This document shows positions 19,412-29,917 of a stretch of 64,000 nucleotides of DNA, in pieces. This DNA is from a virus. The DNA lies in IMG/VR virus record IMGVR_UViG_3300009514_000013, positions 1 to 64,000 of that record, one strand, 5' to 3'. The notes beneath the pieces are model-generated. The model saw only the letters and a list, made by a program, of their open reading frames with translations, did no database searches and had not been told where the DNA came from. The translations under genes were made by a program, and so were the position numbers. Numbering within the stretch: the first letter of the stretch is position 1; each line of letters starts with the position of its first letter.

Positions 19412-20556
19412 AAAGAAAGCCTAGAAAAAAGACTCCTGCTCACGAGAAAACGCAAGACATGTTCACAGCACTTGCTGGAAACTCACGTCTTGCTAGGTCT
19501 ATGGCTGAGGTTGAAGAGTTCAGATCTGTTCCTACGATCTTCACTTCTTTCAATCGTGCAAGTCAGGTTGCTGGAGCTCCATTATCGTGTCTGTGGTTGG
19601 TTCATGGCCCTCCAGGAGGAGGCAAGACCGCGTTTCTTTGTGGTCTGATTCGTTCCTTTCAAAAGGTTAACGGTCTTGCCTCCTTCATTGACGCAGAGCT
19701 AGCAGCTGACACCAAGAATTGGTTTCGTAGTCTAGGAGTTGATCCATCTAGGTGTTTGTATCTCGGCCGTACTGGTAGTGAAGAAGAGAAAAAAGCTCTG
19801 ACGTATGAGGACATTGTGAAGGAGTCTGATCAGCTGATCGATCGATACCAGGTTGGTAAACGTGATGGAAGCATTCCTATGGGCACTCCGTACATCAACA
19901 TTGTTGATTCGATATCCAAGATGGTTCCTGAGGAGCTCTTCAAGAAGTTGGACAAGGAAGGTGGATCTGCTCTTCGTTCTGGAGCTGGAAGGCTCCAAGC
20001 TCTTCTGAACACAGCTTGGATGATGGAACTAGGTCCAAAAGTTGGTGATGACGATATTCTCTTTGCGATCATTTCTCACGAAATGGAGTCACAGGACGCT
20101 AGCAAGTGGACACCTGATTTCAAAGTTCGAGGTGGTCAAGCTTTGATTTACGATGCCATGGTTCAGATTCGAGTGTCATTCGCAGGACAGGTTAAAGACT
20201 ACTCAGCTGATGGATCTCCGATGGTGGGAAAGAGACATCGGGTTCGAATTCTGAAGAACAAGCATGGTCCTGCTTATGGAGAAGCAATCTTCTACACGAG
20301 CAACGGAAACGGAATGGCTCCAATGGGGTTTGATCGGCCTAGGGAAGTGGTCCATGAAGGCTTACGAAGAGGTCACCTCCAAGGACCAAAGGCTGATGGG
20401 AATCTCAAGCTAACAGCCGGCACATCGATCACTTGGGGCGATGAGAAGTTTCAGCTCAAAAAGCTGTATACACCCGAAGGTCTAGAGCTGGTTGAGAAAA
20501 TCGCTCAAAGGCTCGATTCCGAATTACTGGAGGAAGATCGAGATGCTATCAATTGA
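19408..20556 (+). CDS. RecA/UvsX-like recombinase
   Basis: GPPGGGKT, FIDAE, IVDSI, GGQAL, KNKHGP. Confidence 0.85.
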   Translation: MKRKPRKKTPAHEKTQDMFTALAGNSRLARSMAEVEEFRSVPTIFTSFNRASQVAGAPLSCLWLVHGPPGGGKTAFLCGLIRSFQKVNGLASFIDAELAADTKNWFRSLGVDPSRCLYLGRTGSEEEKKALTYEDIVKESDQLIDRYQVGKRDGSIPMGTPYINIVDSISKMVPEELFKKLDKEGGSALRSGAGRLQALLNTAWMMELGPKVGDDDILFAIISHEMESQDASKWTPDFKVRGGQALIYDAMVQIRVSFAGQVKDYSADGSPMVGKRHRVRILKNKHGPAYGEAIFYTSNGNGMAPMGFDRPREVVHEGLRRGHLQGPKADGNLKLTAGTSITWGDEKFQLKKLYTPEGLELVEKIAQRLDSELLEEDRDAIN

Positions 20557-20591
20557 TGGTCTAGTTAGATTGCCCATGATACGTTTTCAAC

Positions 20592-20903
20592 ATGACATCG
20601 AAGAAAACCCGATCTCGACGAATCGAGAAGAGGACGGCTCAACCTCTGTCCGAGCTGATGGATCTTCCGGAAAAGCCCAAGGAAGAACTGAAGCCAGAAG
20701 TAGCATCGTCAAAACCAAATCGAGATGTTCTGACTGCTCTAGCCGAACTTCCAATGGGAGCTCTTGTTCATCAGATCTCTTCGAGAGCAGGGTTGTCGAA
20801 ATTGGATGCCTACGAATCTCTCAACCTGCTCTGCCAGCAAGGTTACTCAAGAAGAACAGGGAAGGTTTACCAAATCACCCAAAAGGGAAGCAAAGCTTTG
20901 TAA
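20592..20903 (+). CDS. small winged-helix protein
   Basis: VHQISSRAGLSKLDAYESLNLLCQQGY..GKVYQITQKG. Confidence 0.6.
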   Translation: MTSKKTRSRRIEKRTAQPLSELMDLPEKPKEELKPEVASSKPNRDVLTALAELPMGALVHQISSRAGLSKLDAYESLNLLCQQGYSRRTGKVYQITQKGSKAL

Positions 20904-20919
20904 TCTTCCGAGGTGCCTT

Positions 20920-22008
20920 ATGAGTAAGGTTGCCTTCGTTGCCGATGTTCATCTTGGCAACCATCAACGGTACGGTGGAGCTATCGAACTTGGGATGAAC
21001 CGTCGTTGTCGTGAAGTTCTTGAAACTCTGAAAGTAGCTGTAGCTGAAGCTGATGAGTGCGAATCTTTCGGAGTACTTGGTGATCTCTTTGATGTTACTA
21101 AGCCAATTCCACAGATGGTGAAAGCTGTTCAGGACATCCTAGAACCATCACCATCTCCATTCGTCATGATGGGAAATCATGATCAAGTCTCTTCAAGATC
21201 TGGAGATCATGCTCTAGGTCCTCTGGAGCCTGTCTCGGAAGTTATCGAAACGCCTAACCTCATCCACCTAGATGACTGTGACCTGGTTGTTTTACCTTTC
21301 CGGCCAGGTGTCGCCGATGATTGGGTTCCAGAGGACCTAGATTCCTTGTTTTCAAACAGGAGAATTCGTCCAGGTTCTGTTCTCTGTTTGCACCTAGGGA
21401 TCAAAGATTCTGAAACACCTAGCTATCTGACCGGTTCTCATGACTGCATCGACGTTGATCATGTAGCTGAGCTGATGCAGCGATATGACATCATCGCGAC
21501 AGTTGCGGGTAACTGGCATGAGTTGAAGAGTTGGAAGCGTGGTAAAAGTCAGATTCTTCAGATAGGCACTCTTGCTCCAACCGGCTGGGACAATCCGGGC
21601 CTTGATGATTACGGCCATATGGCTATCTGGGATTCGAAGACGATGACGTTTGATGTTCTCGAGATTCCAGGTCCACGCTTCTTGAAGATACGAGATCGAG
21701 AAGAGTTGAAAGCATTACCTCCTGGAGATGAATACGAGATCTACCTTGAGTGGACTGTATCAGATCCGAATGACTTGGTGAGTGCAAACCAAGAGATTGA
21801 GGAGATGATCAGTAAAGGTCGTATCGTCGCTGGTGGTGCATTCCTAGACAAGAAAGAGCAAGAGAAGAAAGCGAGAGTGTCAGCCAAAGCAGCTGCATCA
21901 AGTGAGACTTTGGAAGATGCACTATCGGCTTACATCAACACCATGGAGCTGGATGAACGAGTGACAACAGATCGGCTGATTGGTCTCACCAAGAGGTACT
22001 TGGGATGA
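20920..22008 (+). CDS. SbcD/Mre11-like nuclease
   Basis: ADVHLG, GDLFD, GNHD, GNWH; paired with SbcC-like gene. Confidence 0.88.
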   Translation: MSKVAFVADVHLGNHQRYGGAIELGMNRRCREVLETLKVAVAEADECESFGVLGDLFDVTKPIPQMVKAVQDILEPSPSPFVMMGNHDQVSSRSGDHALGPLEPVSEVIETPNLIHLDDCDLVVLPFRPGVADDWVPEDLDSLFSNRRIRPGSVLCLHLGIKDSETPSYLTGSHDCIDVDHVAELMQRYDIIATVAGNWHELKSWKRGKSQILQIGTLAPTGWDNPGLDDYGHMAIWDSKTMTFDVLEIPGPRFLKIRDREELKALPPGDEYEIYLEWTVSDPNDLVSANQEIEEMISKGRIVAGGAFLDKKEQEKKARVSAKAAASSETLEDALSAYINTMELDERVTTDRLIGLTKRYLG

Positions 22009-22232
22009 ATCAAATTCGCTTTTTGAAGGGCTATTCGCTTAGGGACTCGCTTAACATTTCGTTTATTTGGTCGGTTGACTCTCCACTGAGGTTCTCGCCA
22101 GATGATTCATTTTTAGGTTACTTGCACTGGTCTTTGAGTGACTATCTTGGTGGTCAAATTGCTAATTCCGTGAAAGATGTGTTGAAACAATGGCTGAAAT
22201 CTCAGACGACATCCTTCGAAAATTCGAAATAG
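22005..22232 (+). CDS. degenerate SLxx-like microprotein
   Basis: YSLRDSLNISF..SPLRFSPDDS..WSLSD; retains TCGCTTAGGGACTCGCTT. Confidence 0.55.
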   Translation: MNQIRFLKGYSLRDSLNISFIWSVDSPLRFSPDDSFLGYLHWSLSDYLGGQIANSVKDVLKQWLKSQTTSFENSK

Positions 22233-22564
22233 CTGCTAAGCACTATTGGGATGAGACTTCCAAAGAGTGTTGTGTTTGCCAATGCCAGTTTAGAACTGGT
22301 GATGTCTGCCTAGTGTATGGAGACTTCGATAACCCGATTGAGAGACAGTTCTTCTACTGTGTTCCTGATGGCTACAAGCGAATACTTGCGGGTCAGTTTC
22401 CGTCAGCGTCTTCTCTTTTCGTTTCAGATGAGCACAGATTCAGCCGGATGAAGGATCTTCCGGAAGAACTACAACAGTATGTGATTGAAGGTTTCGAATG
22501 TATCGAAAAGCTCCACCTCGGAATGGAAGAGTTCATCAAAAAGGTCAAGGAGTCTATGCATTGA
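22190..22564 (+). CDS. hypothetical Cys-containing protein
   Basis: 124-aa ORF in operon. Confidence 0.55.
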   Translation: MAEISDDILRKFEIAAKHYWDETSKECCVCQCQFRTGDVCLVYGDFDNPIERQFFYCVPDGYKRILAGQFPSASSLFVSDEHRFSRMKDLPEELQQYVIEGFECIEKLHLGMEEFIKKVKESMH

Positions 22565-22740
22565 ATTCTAGGATTCATACGATTCGGATCGATCTAAAAA
22601 ATCAACTTTGTTGGGCAATAGATGATCAGGTAGAAACGAGTCTACGGTGGTCTAGAGGAGATAGTCTTTGGGACTTTTGGGACTCTCTTCAAGTATCGCA
22701 CGCTTCTTTTTTCACTTGTTGTAAAAATGAGGGCTTATGA
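22561..22740 (+). CDS. degenerate SLxx-like microprotein (start uncertain)
   Basis: ETSLRWSRGDSLWDFWDSL; stop overlaps SbcC start. Confidence 0.4.
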   Translation: MNSRIHTIRIDLKNQLCWAIDDQVETSLRWSRGDSLWDFWDSLQVSHASFFTCCKNEGL

Positions 22741-24398
22741 AGATACGTAGAGTCAGTGGAAAGAACTTCATGCTTTGCAAGGAGTTCGAAATTGAATTCC
22801 CCGACAGGGGATTGATCGTCATCTCCGGACCCAACGGAAGTGGAAAGTCCACGTTCGCTGAATTCAATGCTTTTGGTCTCTTCGGAAAGACTCTTCGTGG
22901 TGCATCTCCATGGCGAAGTGGTGAAGCTGGAGAACTCACGGTCCAAACTGATGGAGTCCAAGTAACTCGGAAATCTACCAAAGGTGGAAGTCAGAAGCTT
23001 GAATGGTCTGAAAGTCAGAGCGATGATGAAGGACCTGTCTATGGTTCGTCTAGCAAAGCCAAAGAACCTCTCATGGAACTACTCGGATCATTCGAGAACT
23101 GGAGGAAGTGTTCAGTCTTCTCATCATCAGACGCAGCTCTCTTCTCCATGGCTACGGACAAGATCCGCAAAGAACTTTTGGAAGACCTACTAGGGATCGA
23201 TAAATTCGATTCAGCTCTGAAGAAGTGTCGTGAAGATCTGAGCCAGGTTGGTTCGAAATACCAGACTCTTGAGATGGAGATTAGACACACTCAGGTTCTT
23301 CTAGAGGAGAAGAAAAACCAACTCCGGCAAGCTTCAGAAGCTATTGAGGAATGGGTGGACCTTAAGCCAGTCCGATCAACCTCATCAAAACTAACCACGA
23401 AGCTTGATGAGATCCGTAAGCAACAGCGCGACGTCGGTAAACAAATCCGGCATCTTGGCTCTCAAGGCGCTGAGGAAAAAGCCACCCTCCGACAGATTCA
23501 AAAACAGCTGTCATGCATTGACGTGGGCCAGTGTCCAACTTGCGGACAAGACGTGGGAGACGATGTGCTCGATCCTTTGAAAGGTGAGGTATCGAAGATT
23601 GAAGCACAACTGGAGAAGTCTCATCTTGAAGTTACCAAACAAATTGATGAGTTGGAGACTCGACTGGATGAACTCCAAACCGCTGGTGATTCCCTCGACA
23701 AAAAGATCTCCGATTCAAAACTCAAACAACGTGAGTTCGAACAGGCGAAGCATGTGAAGGAGAAGTTCGCCAACATCATTGATAATGCTCAGGAAGAGGC
23801 CAACGAACTGTCGGAGAAGATCAACGGTTTAGCATCAGAACTTGAGACGATCTCGTTTGAGAGACTTGAACTCCAATACGTAGAAAAGATCCTTGGGATG
23901 AAAGGCGTACGTGCTCATATTCTCGGGAAGTCACTTGATGGTCTCGAATGTGTGGCCAATTCATACCTCAACCGGATGACTGATGAGAACGCTACTCTGA
24001 AGCTGAAGCCTTACACGGAGAAGAAGACGGGTGGTGTCTCAGATTCGATCTCTATGGAAATAGGTGAATATGGTGGAGGGCTCGGATACAAGGCGTGCTC
24101 AGCTGGCCAGAGACGCCGAGTAGACTTAGCTCTTCTTCTTGGACTAGCTGTGGTCTCAGATGCTTCGAAAGGTAGTTCTCCTGGGATGTTGTGGTTTGAT
24201 GAGGTCTTCGATGCTCTAGACGATCAAGGAGTTCAGGCGGTATCAGAGATTCTTCACGAGATCTCAAAGGAGCGTCCTGTAGTGGTCATCTCTCATCACC
24301 CAGCCATTCTTGGCTACCTCGATCCTGTGGCGAAGTTGAGAATATGGACGGAAAGGGGTTCAGATGGTTTCTCGAAAATCAAAACCCAAAGCAGATGA
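22737..24398 (+). CDS. SbcC/Rad50-like SMC ATPase
   Basis: GPNGSGKST, coiled coils, CPTC zinc hook, SAGQ signature, WFDEVFD, ISHH. Confidence 0.92.
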   Translation: MKIRRVSGKNFMLCKEFEIEFPDRGLIVISGPNGSGKSTFAEFNAFGLFGKTLRGASPWRSGEAGELTVQTDGVQVTRKSTKGGSQKLEWSESQSDDEGPVYGSSSKAKEPLMELLGSFENWRKCSVFSSSDAALFSMATDKIRKELLEDLLGIDKFDSALKKCREDLSQVGSKYQTLEMEIRHTQVLLEEKKNQLRQASEAIEEWVDLKPVRSTSSKLTTKLDEIRKQQRDVGKQIRHLGSQGAEEKATLRQIQKQLSCIDVGQCPTCGQDVGDDVLDPLKGEVSKIEAQLEKSHLEVTKQIDELETRLDELQTAGDSLDKKISDSKLKQREFEQAKHVKEKFANIIDNAQEEANELSEKINGLASELETISFERLELQYVEKILGMKGVRAHILGKSLDGLECVANSYLNRMTDENATLKLKPYTEKKTGGVSDSISMEIGEYGGGLGYKACSAGQRRRVDLALLLGLAVVSDASKGSSPGMLWFDEVFDALDDQGVQAVSEILHEISKERPVVVISHHPAILGYLDPVAKLRIWTERGSDGFSKIKTQSR

Positions 24399-24648
24399 GA
24401 ACCGTTCCCTAGAAGACGGTACTCCGCTTCTTGCTCTCGAGGTTGATACAAATAGAGAGCGTCGACCAAAAACCAAACCTAAGACTCCACTTGAAGAGAA
24501 GTTCAAAGAGCAAAAGAGGATCCTTCAGGTGTACGTGATGAGACAACTTCAGTGGGGTGAGGTCGAGGGTTTCAAACCTATTGAAGTTTCTCTGTTGAAG
24601 GAAGCTTTGGAGGTGCTCGGATGGCTACCAACAGACTTGAAATTGTGA
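24364..24648 (+). CDS. hypothetical protein
   Basis: ORF after SbcC with GAAAGGGG upstream. Confidence 0.45.
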   Translation: MVSRKSKPKADENRSLEDGTPLLALEVDTNRERRPKTKPKTPLEEKFKEQKRILQVYVMRQLQWGEVEGFKPIEVSLLKEALEVLGWLPTDLKL

Positions 24649-24747
24649 ATTTCGTTGCTCCAGAACTTGAAATTCCTGCGAGGTATTCTCTTTTTTTCAT
24701 TGGTATTTCTACATCAATCGAATTTTCTCTACTCGACTCATTAATAA

Positions 24748-26010
24748 ATGAGTTACAATTTCTCTATGGCTACAAGTCAGAAACGACCTAGAGCAAATCA
24801 ACTCGCCCATATCCTTTCTGATCTCAGAAAACTCGCTGTCCCAATCGAATCCCTCAATCCAGATCCAGAAAACACCAGACGTCACTCGGAATCTGATCTG
24901 AACGTCATCAAGTCTTCTCTTGATGAACTCGGCCAGCACCGACCACTTGTTGTCCAGAAGGAAGGTCGGATCATCCGCGTTGGTAATGGTACTTGGACAG
25001 CTGCAAAGGAATTAGGGTGGAAATGGATAGCCGCGGTTGTTGTTGACGAAGACCGTATGACTGCCACAAGACGATCAATCCTCGATAACCGAACTGCTGA
25101 ACTCTCTGAGTGGGATACTGATCAGCTCGTAAAGCGCCTTGATGAAGCCAAGGAAGACGATTGGGAACTAGAAGACTTCGGCTGGGATGATGAAGAACTT
25201 GCTAGGTTGACTGCTTCTGAGGTTGAAGATGAAGAGGTAGATTTTGAAGAGGTTGTCGAGGATGAAGTTCCGGAGCCTCCCAAGAAAGCAGTTTCGAAGC
25301 TAGGTGATGTTTGGAAACTGGGTGATCATATATTGGTTTGTGGCGATTCTCGCGATTCGCAATCTTATTCATCTTTTGATTCTTCGTTTCATATGGTTCT
25401 GACAGATCCTCCTTATGGAGTTGGGTATGTAGGTGGTACTGGTTTGACCATCCAAAATGATACTGAAGATGGGTTGGAAGAAATGTTGACGAATGTTTTT
25501 GGCAATGTTTTGGAAAAGTGTGAAAAAGGATCTATGTGGTACGTTTTTGGACCACCCGGTCCACTTGGAATAATATTTGGGAGAGTTTTATTATCGTTTG
25601 GTGTATTGAGACAGATTCTCATATGGGTGAAAGACCGATTGGTTTTAGGAAGATCTCATTTCCATTACCGCAACGAGCCGATTTTTTATGGATGGAGTGG
25701 AACAAGTTCCAGACATCCTCCTCCAAACAGAAAGCAGGATTCTGTTTGGGAGTTTGATCGACCACATGCCAACAAAGAACATCCTACGATGAAACCTCTG
25801 AATCTACTTCAGCATGCGATCGTGATGGGATCTTCGAAAGGTGATTTTATAGTTGATCCGTTTTCTGGTTCTGGATCTACACTAATAGCATCTGAGGCTA
25901 CCGAAAGAATTTGTTGTTCTGTTGAAATCGATCCTAGATACTCAGATGTCATCATCGAACGTTGGGAGAACTTCACTGGTAAGAAGGCAAAGAGAATCAA
26001 GAAAGGTTAG
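24748..26010 (+). CDS. ParB-like N-terminal domain fused to N4C/N6A DNA methyltransferase
   Basis: LNPDPENTRRH..GNGT..DNRTAELSEWD ParB-N; TDPPYG, HPTMKP, DPFSGSGST. Confidence 0.88.
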   Translation: MSYNFSMATSQKRPRANQLAHILSDLRKLAVPIESLNPDPENTRRHSESDLNVIKSSLDELGQHRPLVVQKEGRIIRVGNGTWTAAKELGWKWIAAVVVDEDRMTATRRSILDNRTAELSEWDTDQLVKRLDEAKEDDWELEDFGWDDEELARLTASEVEDEEVDFEEVVEDEVPEPPKKAVSKLGDVWKLGDHILVCGDSRDSQSYSSFDSSFHMVLTDPPYGVGYVGGTGLTIQNDTEDGLEEMLTNVFGNVLEKCEKGSMWYVFGPPGPLGIIFGRVLLSFGVLRQILIWVKDRLVLGRSHFHYRNEPIFYGWSGTSSRHPPPNRKQDSVWEFDRPHANKEHPTMKPLNLLQHAIVMGSSKGDFIVDPFSGSGSTLIASEATERICCSVEIDPRYSDVIIERWENFTGKKAKRIKKG

Positions 26011-27152
26011 CAACCCGGCCAGAGAATCTCTGAGATGAATACTGGGATCTGATTGGTATGGATCGGAAACAACCTTCCATCGGTTTCGTTTGCAATGTCA
26101 TCAAAAAATGCTTGTAGCTCAACAAATCCGTAGAATGTGATACCTCTCGCTTTCAACTCGTTTGCCACATCTTGCTCTGTTAACCCTCTTGCACTTTGAC
26201 CATGTTCATCAGCAAACAAGAAGATGAATCGATTTGCTCCTGGTCTCCAATGTACGAACCTTCCCTTAGCCGCATCACTGATGATGTCGTATGACAGTTC
26301 GCTACTTCCAAATGTCCTGGTCATAGAAGCCAGGTTGTTCGGGTCAGGGCATGGTCCAACTGGAAATGTCATGCCTAGCGAATAGCATTCTCTATTTGGA
26401 GAAGCTGTTGAGGTGGTGTTCCCACCAGGCATGTCGATTGGGAACATAGCCACATCAGTGGAATCGTCTTGAGTCTGTCGATTCCAGTAGTCAGCCAGCG
26501 AATCTCCAACAACAGAGACACGAGTTCCCATTGAACAACTACGGTCGATAATCACTACGATGTCGATTTTGACTACGTCCCCTGTGTTTGGAACGTCATC
26601 CACAACTCCATTACAATCGTTATCGATCTGGTCACATCGTTCGGCGAATGGAAGAACCTGACCTTCACAAATCCACTTTCCATAATCACAATAAGAAAGT
26701 CCTATTTTGCATGGTGGGTGTGTAGCTTTCCAAAACTCAGCATCGAAGCACCAGTCTCTGGCGATCCCGTCATCAACCAACCCGTTGCAGTCGTTGTCTG
26801 AACCGTCACATTCTTCTGGTTGTTTCTTGTAATCGGTTGAACAGACGATCTCTTCCCCGTTGCAGACAGTCCGTCCCCCTCGACAGATGCCCAACCCACA
26901 TGATTCTCCGACCCCACCGATCCGGTCGTCGACTTCACCATTGCAGTCATTGTCAATACCGTCACAAATCTCATCGCTTGGAAGAATGTCACCGACACAT
27001 GAGACACCTATCGATGATGTTTCAGTGGTTCCAGGCCGACATTGCCCAACTCCCGAAGTTCCACTTGGTCCCGAATAGCAAGAACCGTAGTGACTCACGA
27101 GTGGTTCTTCACACGCATATAGAAGTACCAAGAGGATTGAAAGGCTTCTCAT
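26007..27152 (-). CDS. lipoprotein with three ExCDGxDNDCNG (MopE-like putative metal-binding) repeats and a vWA domain
   Basis: LLVLLYAC lipobox; CDGIDNDC, CDGSDNDC, CDQIDNDC; IVVIIDRSCS MIDAS, FADE. Confidence 0.8.
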   Translation of the reverse strand: MRSLSILLVLLYACEEPLVSHYGSCYSGPSGTSGVGQCRPGTTETSSIGVSCVGDILPSDEICDGIDNDCNGEVDDRIGGVGESCGLGICRGGRTVCNGEEIVCSTDYKKQPEECDGSDNDCNGLVDDGIARDWCFDAEFWKATHPPCKIGLSYCDYGKWICEGQVLPFAERCDQIDNDCNGVVDDVPNTGDVVKIDIVVIIDRSCSMGTRVSVVGDSLADYWNRQTQDDSTDVAMFPIDMPGGNTTSTASPNRECYSLGMTFPVGPCPDPNNLASMTRTFGSSELSYDIISDAAKGRFVHWRPGANRFIFLFADEHGQSARGLTEQDVANELKARGITFYGFVELQAFFDDIANETDGRLFPIHTNQIPVFISEILWPGC

Positions 27153-27634
27153 CTTTCTCTCTCCCTCACTTGCTTCGTGTCAGATGCAAGTCTACGAAGA
27201 TCGTTTTCTACCAGGTTGAAATCAACATCGTGCAACTCAGCTGCTTTGAGCCCATCTTCCATGTGACGAACTCTGTGAGCTAGCTCATGTGGTAGGCATC
27301 CATCCATGGTCAGTTCTCCAAACACTCGTGCAGTGATCCTAGCTTCATGTTGATAGTACCAGCATGGGCACCCAGGCTTGCGAATTACTCTCCATGGAGC
27401 ATTGAGTTGGATATGGATTTCCCAAGTTTCTGGGACCGTTTCGTAACTCTGCATGGATTCTAGGGCTTCTGGAAGATCTGGCCACGTCCACGAAAATGCT
27501 TCCTCTGTGACGATCACTGTGGTATCACCTACGACTATATCTGACCCACAACCACCTGAAAACATTGAAAAGAATATGTTGACTAGTGCCATAAAGGTGC
27601 TTACCGTATTGGTATGGATGAGAGACAAAGCCAA
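27149..27634 (-). CDS. putative exported zinc metallopeptidase
   Basis: hydrophobic N-terminus ending SGGC; HELAH motif with downstream H. Confidence 0.45.
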   Translation of the reverse strand: MALSLIHTNTVSTFMALVNIFFSMFSGGCGSDIVVGDTTVIVTEEAFSWTWPDLPEALESMQSYETVPETWEIHIQLNAPWRVIRKPGCPCWYYQHEARITARVFGELTMDGCLPHELAHRVRHMEDGLKAAELHDVDFNLVENDLRRLASDTKQVRERER

Positions 27635-28027
27635 ATGACTATAACAGACCGCTATTTACCCCCGACACACATCGGGTCCAGAACAGCTGCACTAATTGAG
27701 AATATCGAGGCTATCGATATTCGACAGGAAGAAGATGGATACTTTGATGCTGACACAGTTGTTGCCATCAAACGAAAATCCATTCACAAAGGACTCAAGG
27801 TGGCTCGGGATGCTGGTCGCAACGAGAACGAGTTTCGGATTCGTGAGCTTGAAATGGAAGTAGAGATGTTGAAGTCTCAAGTCGAACGGCTGATCTCCAC
27901 ATTGGAGTTGCACCAGAAAACATCATCGGCTGAATCAAAGATGCTCAAGGATGCCCTTGCTCAAAATCACCTGATGCTGACTTCTCTCTGGAAATCCTTT
28001 GAGCTGAAAAAGGCGGGAAAGAAATGA
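27635..28027 (+). CDS. coiled-coil hypothetical protein
   Basis: heptad pattern; stop overlaps next start. Confidence 0.5.
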   Translation: MTITDRYLPPTHIGSRTAALIENIEAIDIRQEEDGYFDADTVVAIKRKSIHKGLKVARDAGRNENEFRIRELEMEVEMLKSQVERLISTLELHQKTSSAESKMLKDALAQNHLMLTSLWKSFELKKAGKK

Positions 28028-29172
28028 AATACGTCATTGATACGGAACTGGAACCCATAGCAGTTGTGGTCCACTCCAAGGATCAGTCTCACTATGTCTC
28101 GTTTGAACCACATGAAGAGGAGATCATCTCGGCGGATGAGAACGAACCTGAGCCAGATCCTGTGGTGGAACCAGATCCAATCATCGAGGTGCAACCTGAT
28201 CCAGAACCAGAGCCTACACCTGTCACTGAACCTGAACTACCGTTTGAGGTGAACAAACCGGTGCTTCCGAATTCAACAATCTCACGTGGTCATCGTGAAG
28301 GTCTGATCTATGATCCGGGTGTTTATACCTTAAATGGTGATGTTGGAAATCTTGTATTGGCAATTGATGATGTGACGATTGATTTCAATGGGCACTCGGC
28401 AGCTTCTGTGATTATTGCGAGTGGAGTAGGCAACGTTGCTATCAAAAATGGACGAGCTGATCATGTTGTATGCGAGTTCAATTATCGAGACAATCTTGGG
28501 AATGTGAATCAGGTGTACGATAGAGTTGGTAGCCATGATCTCTTTTTCGAAGACATGGTCATTCACTCGGACACGCAATCAGCTCTCAGTCTACGTGGTC
28601 AGAGAGTACACATGTTGAGGTGCAATTTGTTTTCTCGTGACAAGTACGCTGTTTGGGGTGGTGGTATTTCCAACCAAGAAGACTTTCTGTTCGAACAGTG
28701 TGAATTTCGTTCAGGTGGACCGCAAGCTGTGTTCCGTATACATGACGCGTATCGATCACTAGCTTACAATTGTCTGTTCAGGAGTGGTGACCTGGGAGAT
28801 GCCAAGCACGCGTTCCGCTATCATTGTAGTGATAGAAATTCTAGACACTTCGAGACTGGAGATCTTCAGTGGCCGAACCGTCCTGAAGAGCTTCCTGCAC
28901 ATGATCTTGCAATGGTGAAGTGCACTGTGACTGGTTCAGGTAACGGGATCATGTTGGCGAAGACTTCCTCTGAACGAGGTATTGAGGATGTACACTTGAT
29001 CGAGTCAACGTTTGAGGCATCTGGTGTTGATCGATTCAACTTGAATGTTCCGATGATGAGAAGAGTCACGGTGACTGGGAACAATGTTGAGACTCATGGT
29101 GGTGGGGATCCTTACGGACCATATCGGAATCTTCCACAAGATTGGACTTGGGAACGTAACACATGGACCTGA
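28024..29172 (+). CDS. protein with Pro/Glu linker and right-handed beta-helix (pectin-lyase-like) domain
   Basis: EPEPDP linker; PGVYTL..DDVTIDFNGH..NVAIKNG motif and repeated beta-helix turns. Confidence 0.6.
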   Translation: MKYVIDTELEPIAVVVHSKDQSHYVSFEPHEEEIISADENEPEPDPVVEPDPIIEVQPDPEPEPTPVTEPELPFEVNKPVLPNSTISRGHREGLIYDPGVYTLNGDVGNLVLAIDDVTIDFNGHSAASVIIASGVGNVAIKNGRADHVVCEFNYRDNLGNVNQVYDRVGSHDLFFEDMVIHSDTQSALSLRGQRVHMLRCNLFSRDKYAVWGGGISNQEDFLFEQCEFRSGGPQAVFRIHDAYRSLAYNCLFRSGDLGDAKHAFRYHCSDRNSRHFETGDLQWPNRPEELPAHDLAMVKCTVTGSGNGIMLAKTSSERGIEDVHLIESTFEASGVDRFNLNVPMMRRVTVTGNNVETHGGGDPYGPYRNLPQDWTWERNTWT

Positions 29173-29229
29173 GTCATCACTCATTGGTAGGTAGGATTCA
29201 AAGACCGATACATGAAAGGATAAGATGGG

Positions 29230-29517
29230 GTGCTTTCGTTCGATTCAAAAAATATTTCGATTTTAATACGTTTGTTGTTGCTATTGATGCTGAGTGCTTG
29301 CGGCAACTACGTAGAGGAGCAGCCGACAATTCAGTTGACATGCGAGAATCATCTGGTGCGTTGTGAGAACAACAGTTTAGATGAGACTGCTTTGATGAAC
29401 TGTGCTTCGGTTCATGCACATTGTATATGGAAGCGTGGTTCGGGTTGTGATGATTGTGAAGTAACAGCTTACCAAGAGACCTGTCGAGATAGGTGTGGTG
29501 AGCTCAATGAAAACTAG
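29230..29517 (+). CDS. small Cys-rich lipoprotein (start uncertain)
   Basis: LLLLMLSAC lipobox; many Cys. Confidence 0.55.
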   Translation: MLSFDSKNISILIRLLLLLMLSACGNYVEEQPTIQLTCENHLVRCENNSLDETALMNCASVHAHCIWKRGSGCDDCEVTAYQETCRDRCGELNEN

Positions 29518-29530
29518 AAGGAGATAGACA

Positions 29531-29917
29531 ATGTATAGACAAGGCGATGTGTTCATTTTTCCAGTGAAGGATCCTGGTTCTGAGAATGTTGGTCCAGAAG
29601 TGAAGCGAGACAACGGTCGAGTGGTGCTTCAATACGGTGAGGTGACTGGTCATGCTCATGCAATTCATGAATCACCTGTTCATTTGTTTGATTTCAGCGA
29701 TGACTTTCTGAAATCGAATGAGTCATTTCGAAAGAACGTTGAAGATGTCATTGGAGCGCCATTGGATCCTCAAATCGATCGGTTGTTGACGGTTGGTGAA
29801 ATGTCGGCACTAGTTCACGAAGAGCACGATACAATTCCGATTCCTCCAGGAACGTACATTGCAAGGAGGCAGCATGAGTACAGCGATCGTGAGCGTGAAC
29901 GATACGTTGAGGATTAA
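29531..29917 (+). CDS. conserved RQGDV-motif protein, habitual neighbour of DUF6745 genes
   Basis: YRQGDV, GEVTGHAH, LVHEEHDTI, PPGTY..RRQHEY; AGGAG RBS. Confidence 0.75.
   Translation: MYRQGDVFIFPVKDPGSENVGPEVKRDNGRVVLQYGEVTGHAHAIHESPVHLFDFSDDFLKSNESFRKNVEDVIGAPLDPQIDRLLTVGEMSALVHEEHDTIPIPPGTYIARRQHEYSDRERERYVED

Noticed and set aside
20764-20919. Long N-terminal extension of SbcD in the ORF track
   Set aside because: Overlaps the wHTH gene; GAGGTG RBS supports the start at 20920
25320-25960. T-richer patch in the methyltransferase domain as a recent domain swap
   Set aside because: Visual impression only; cannot be quantified without computation
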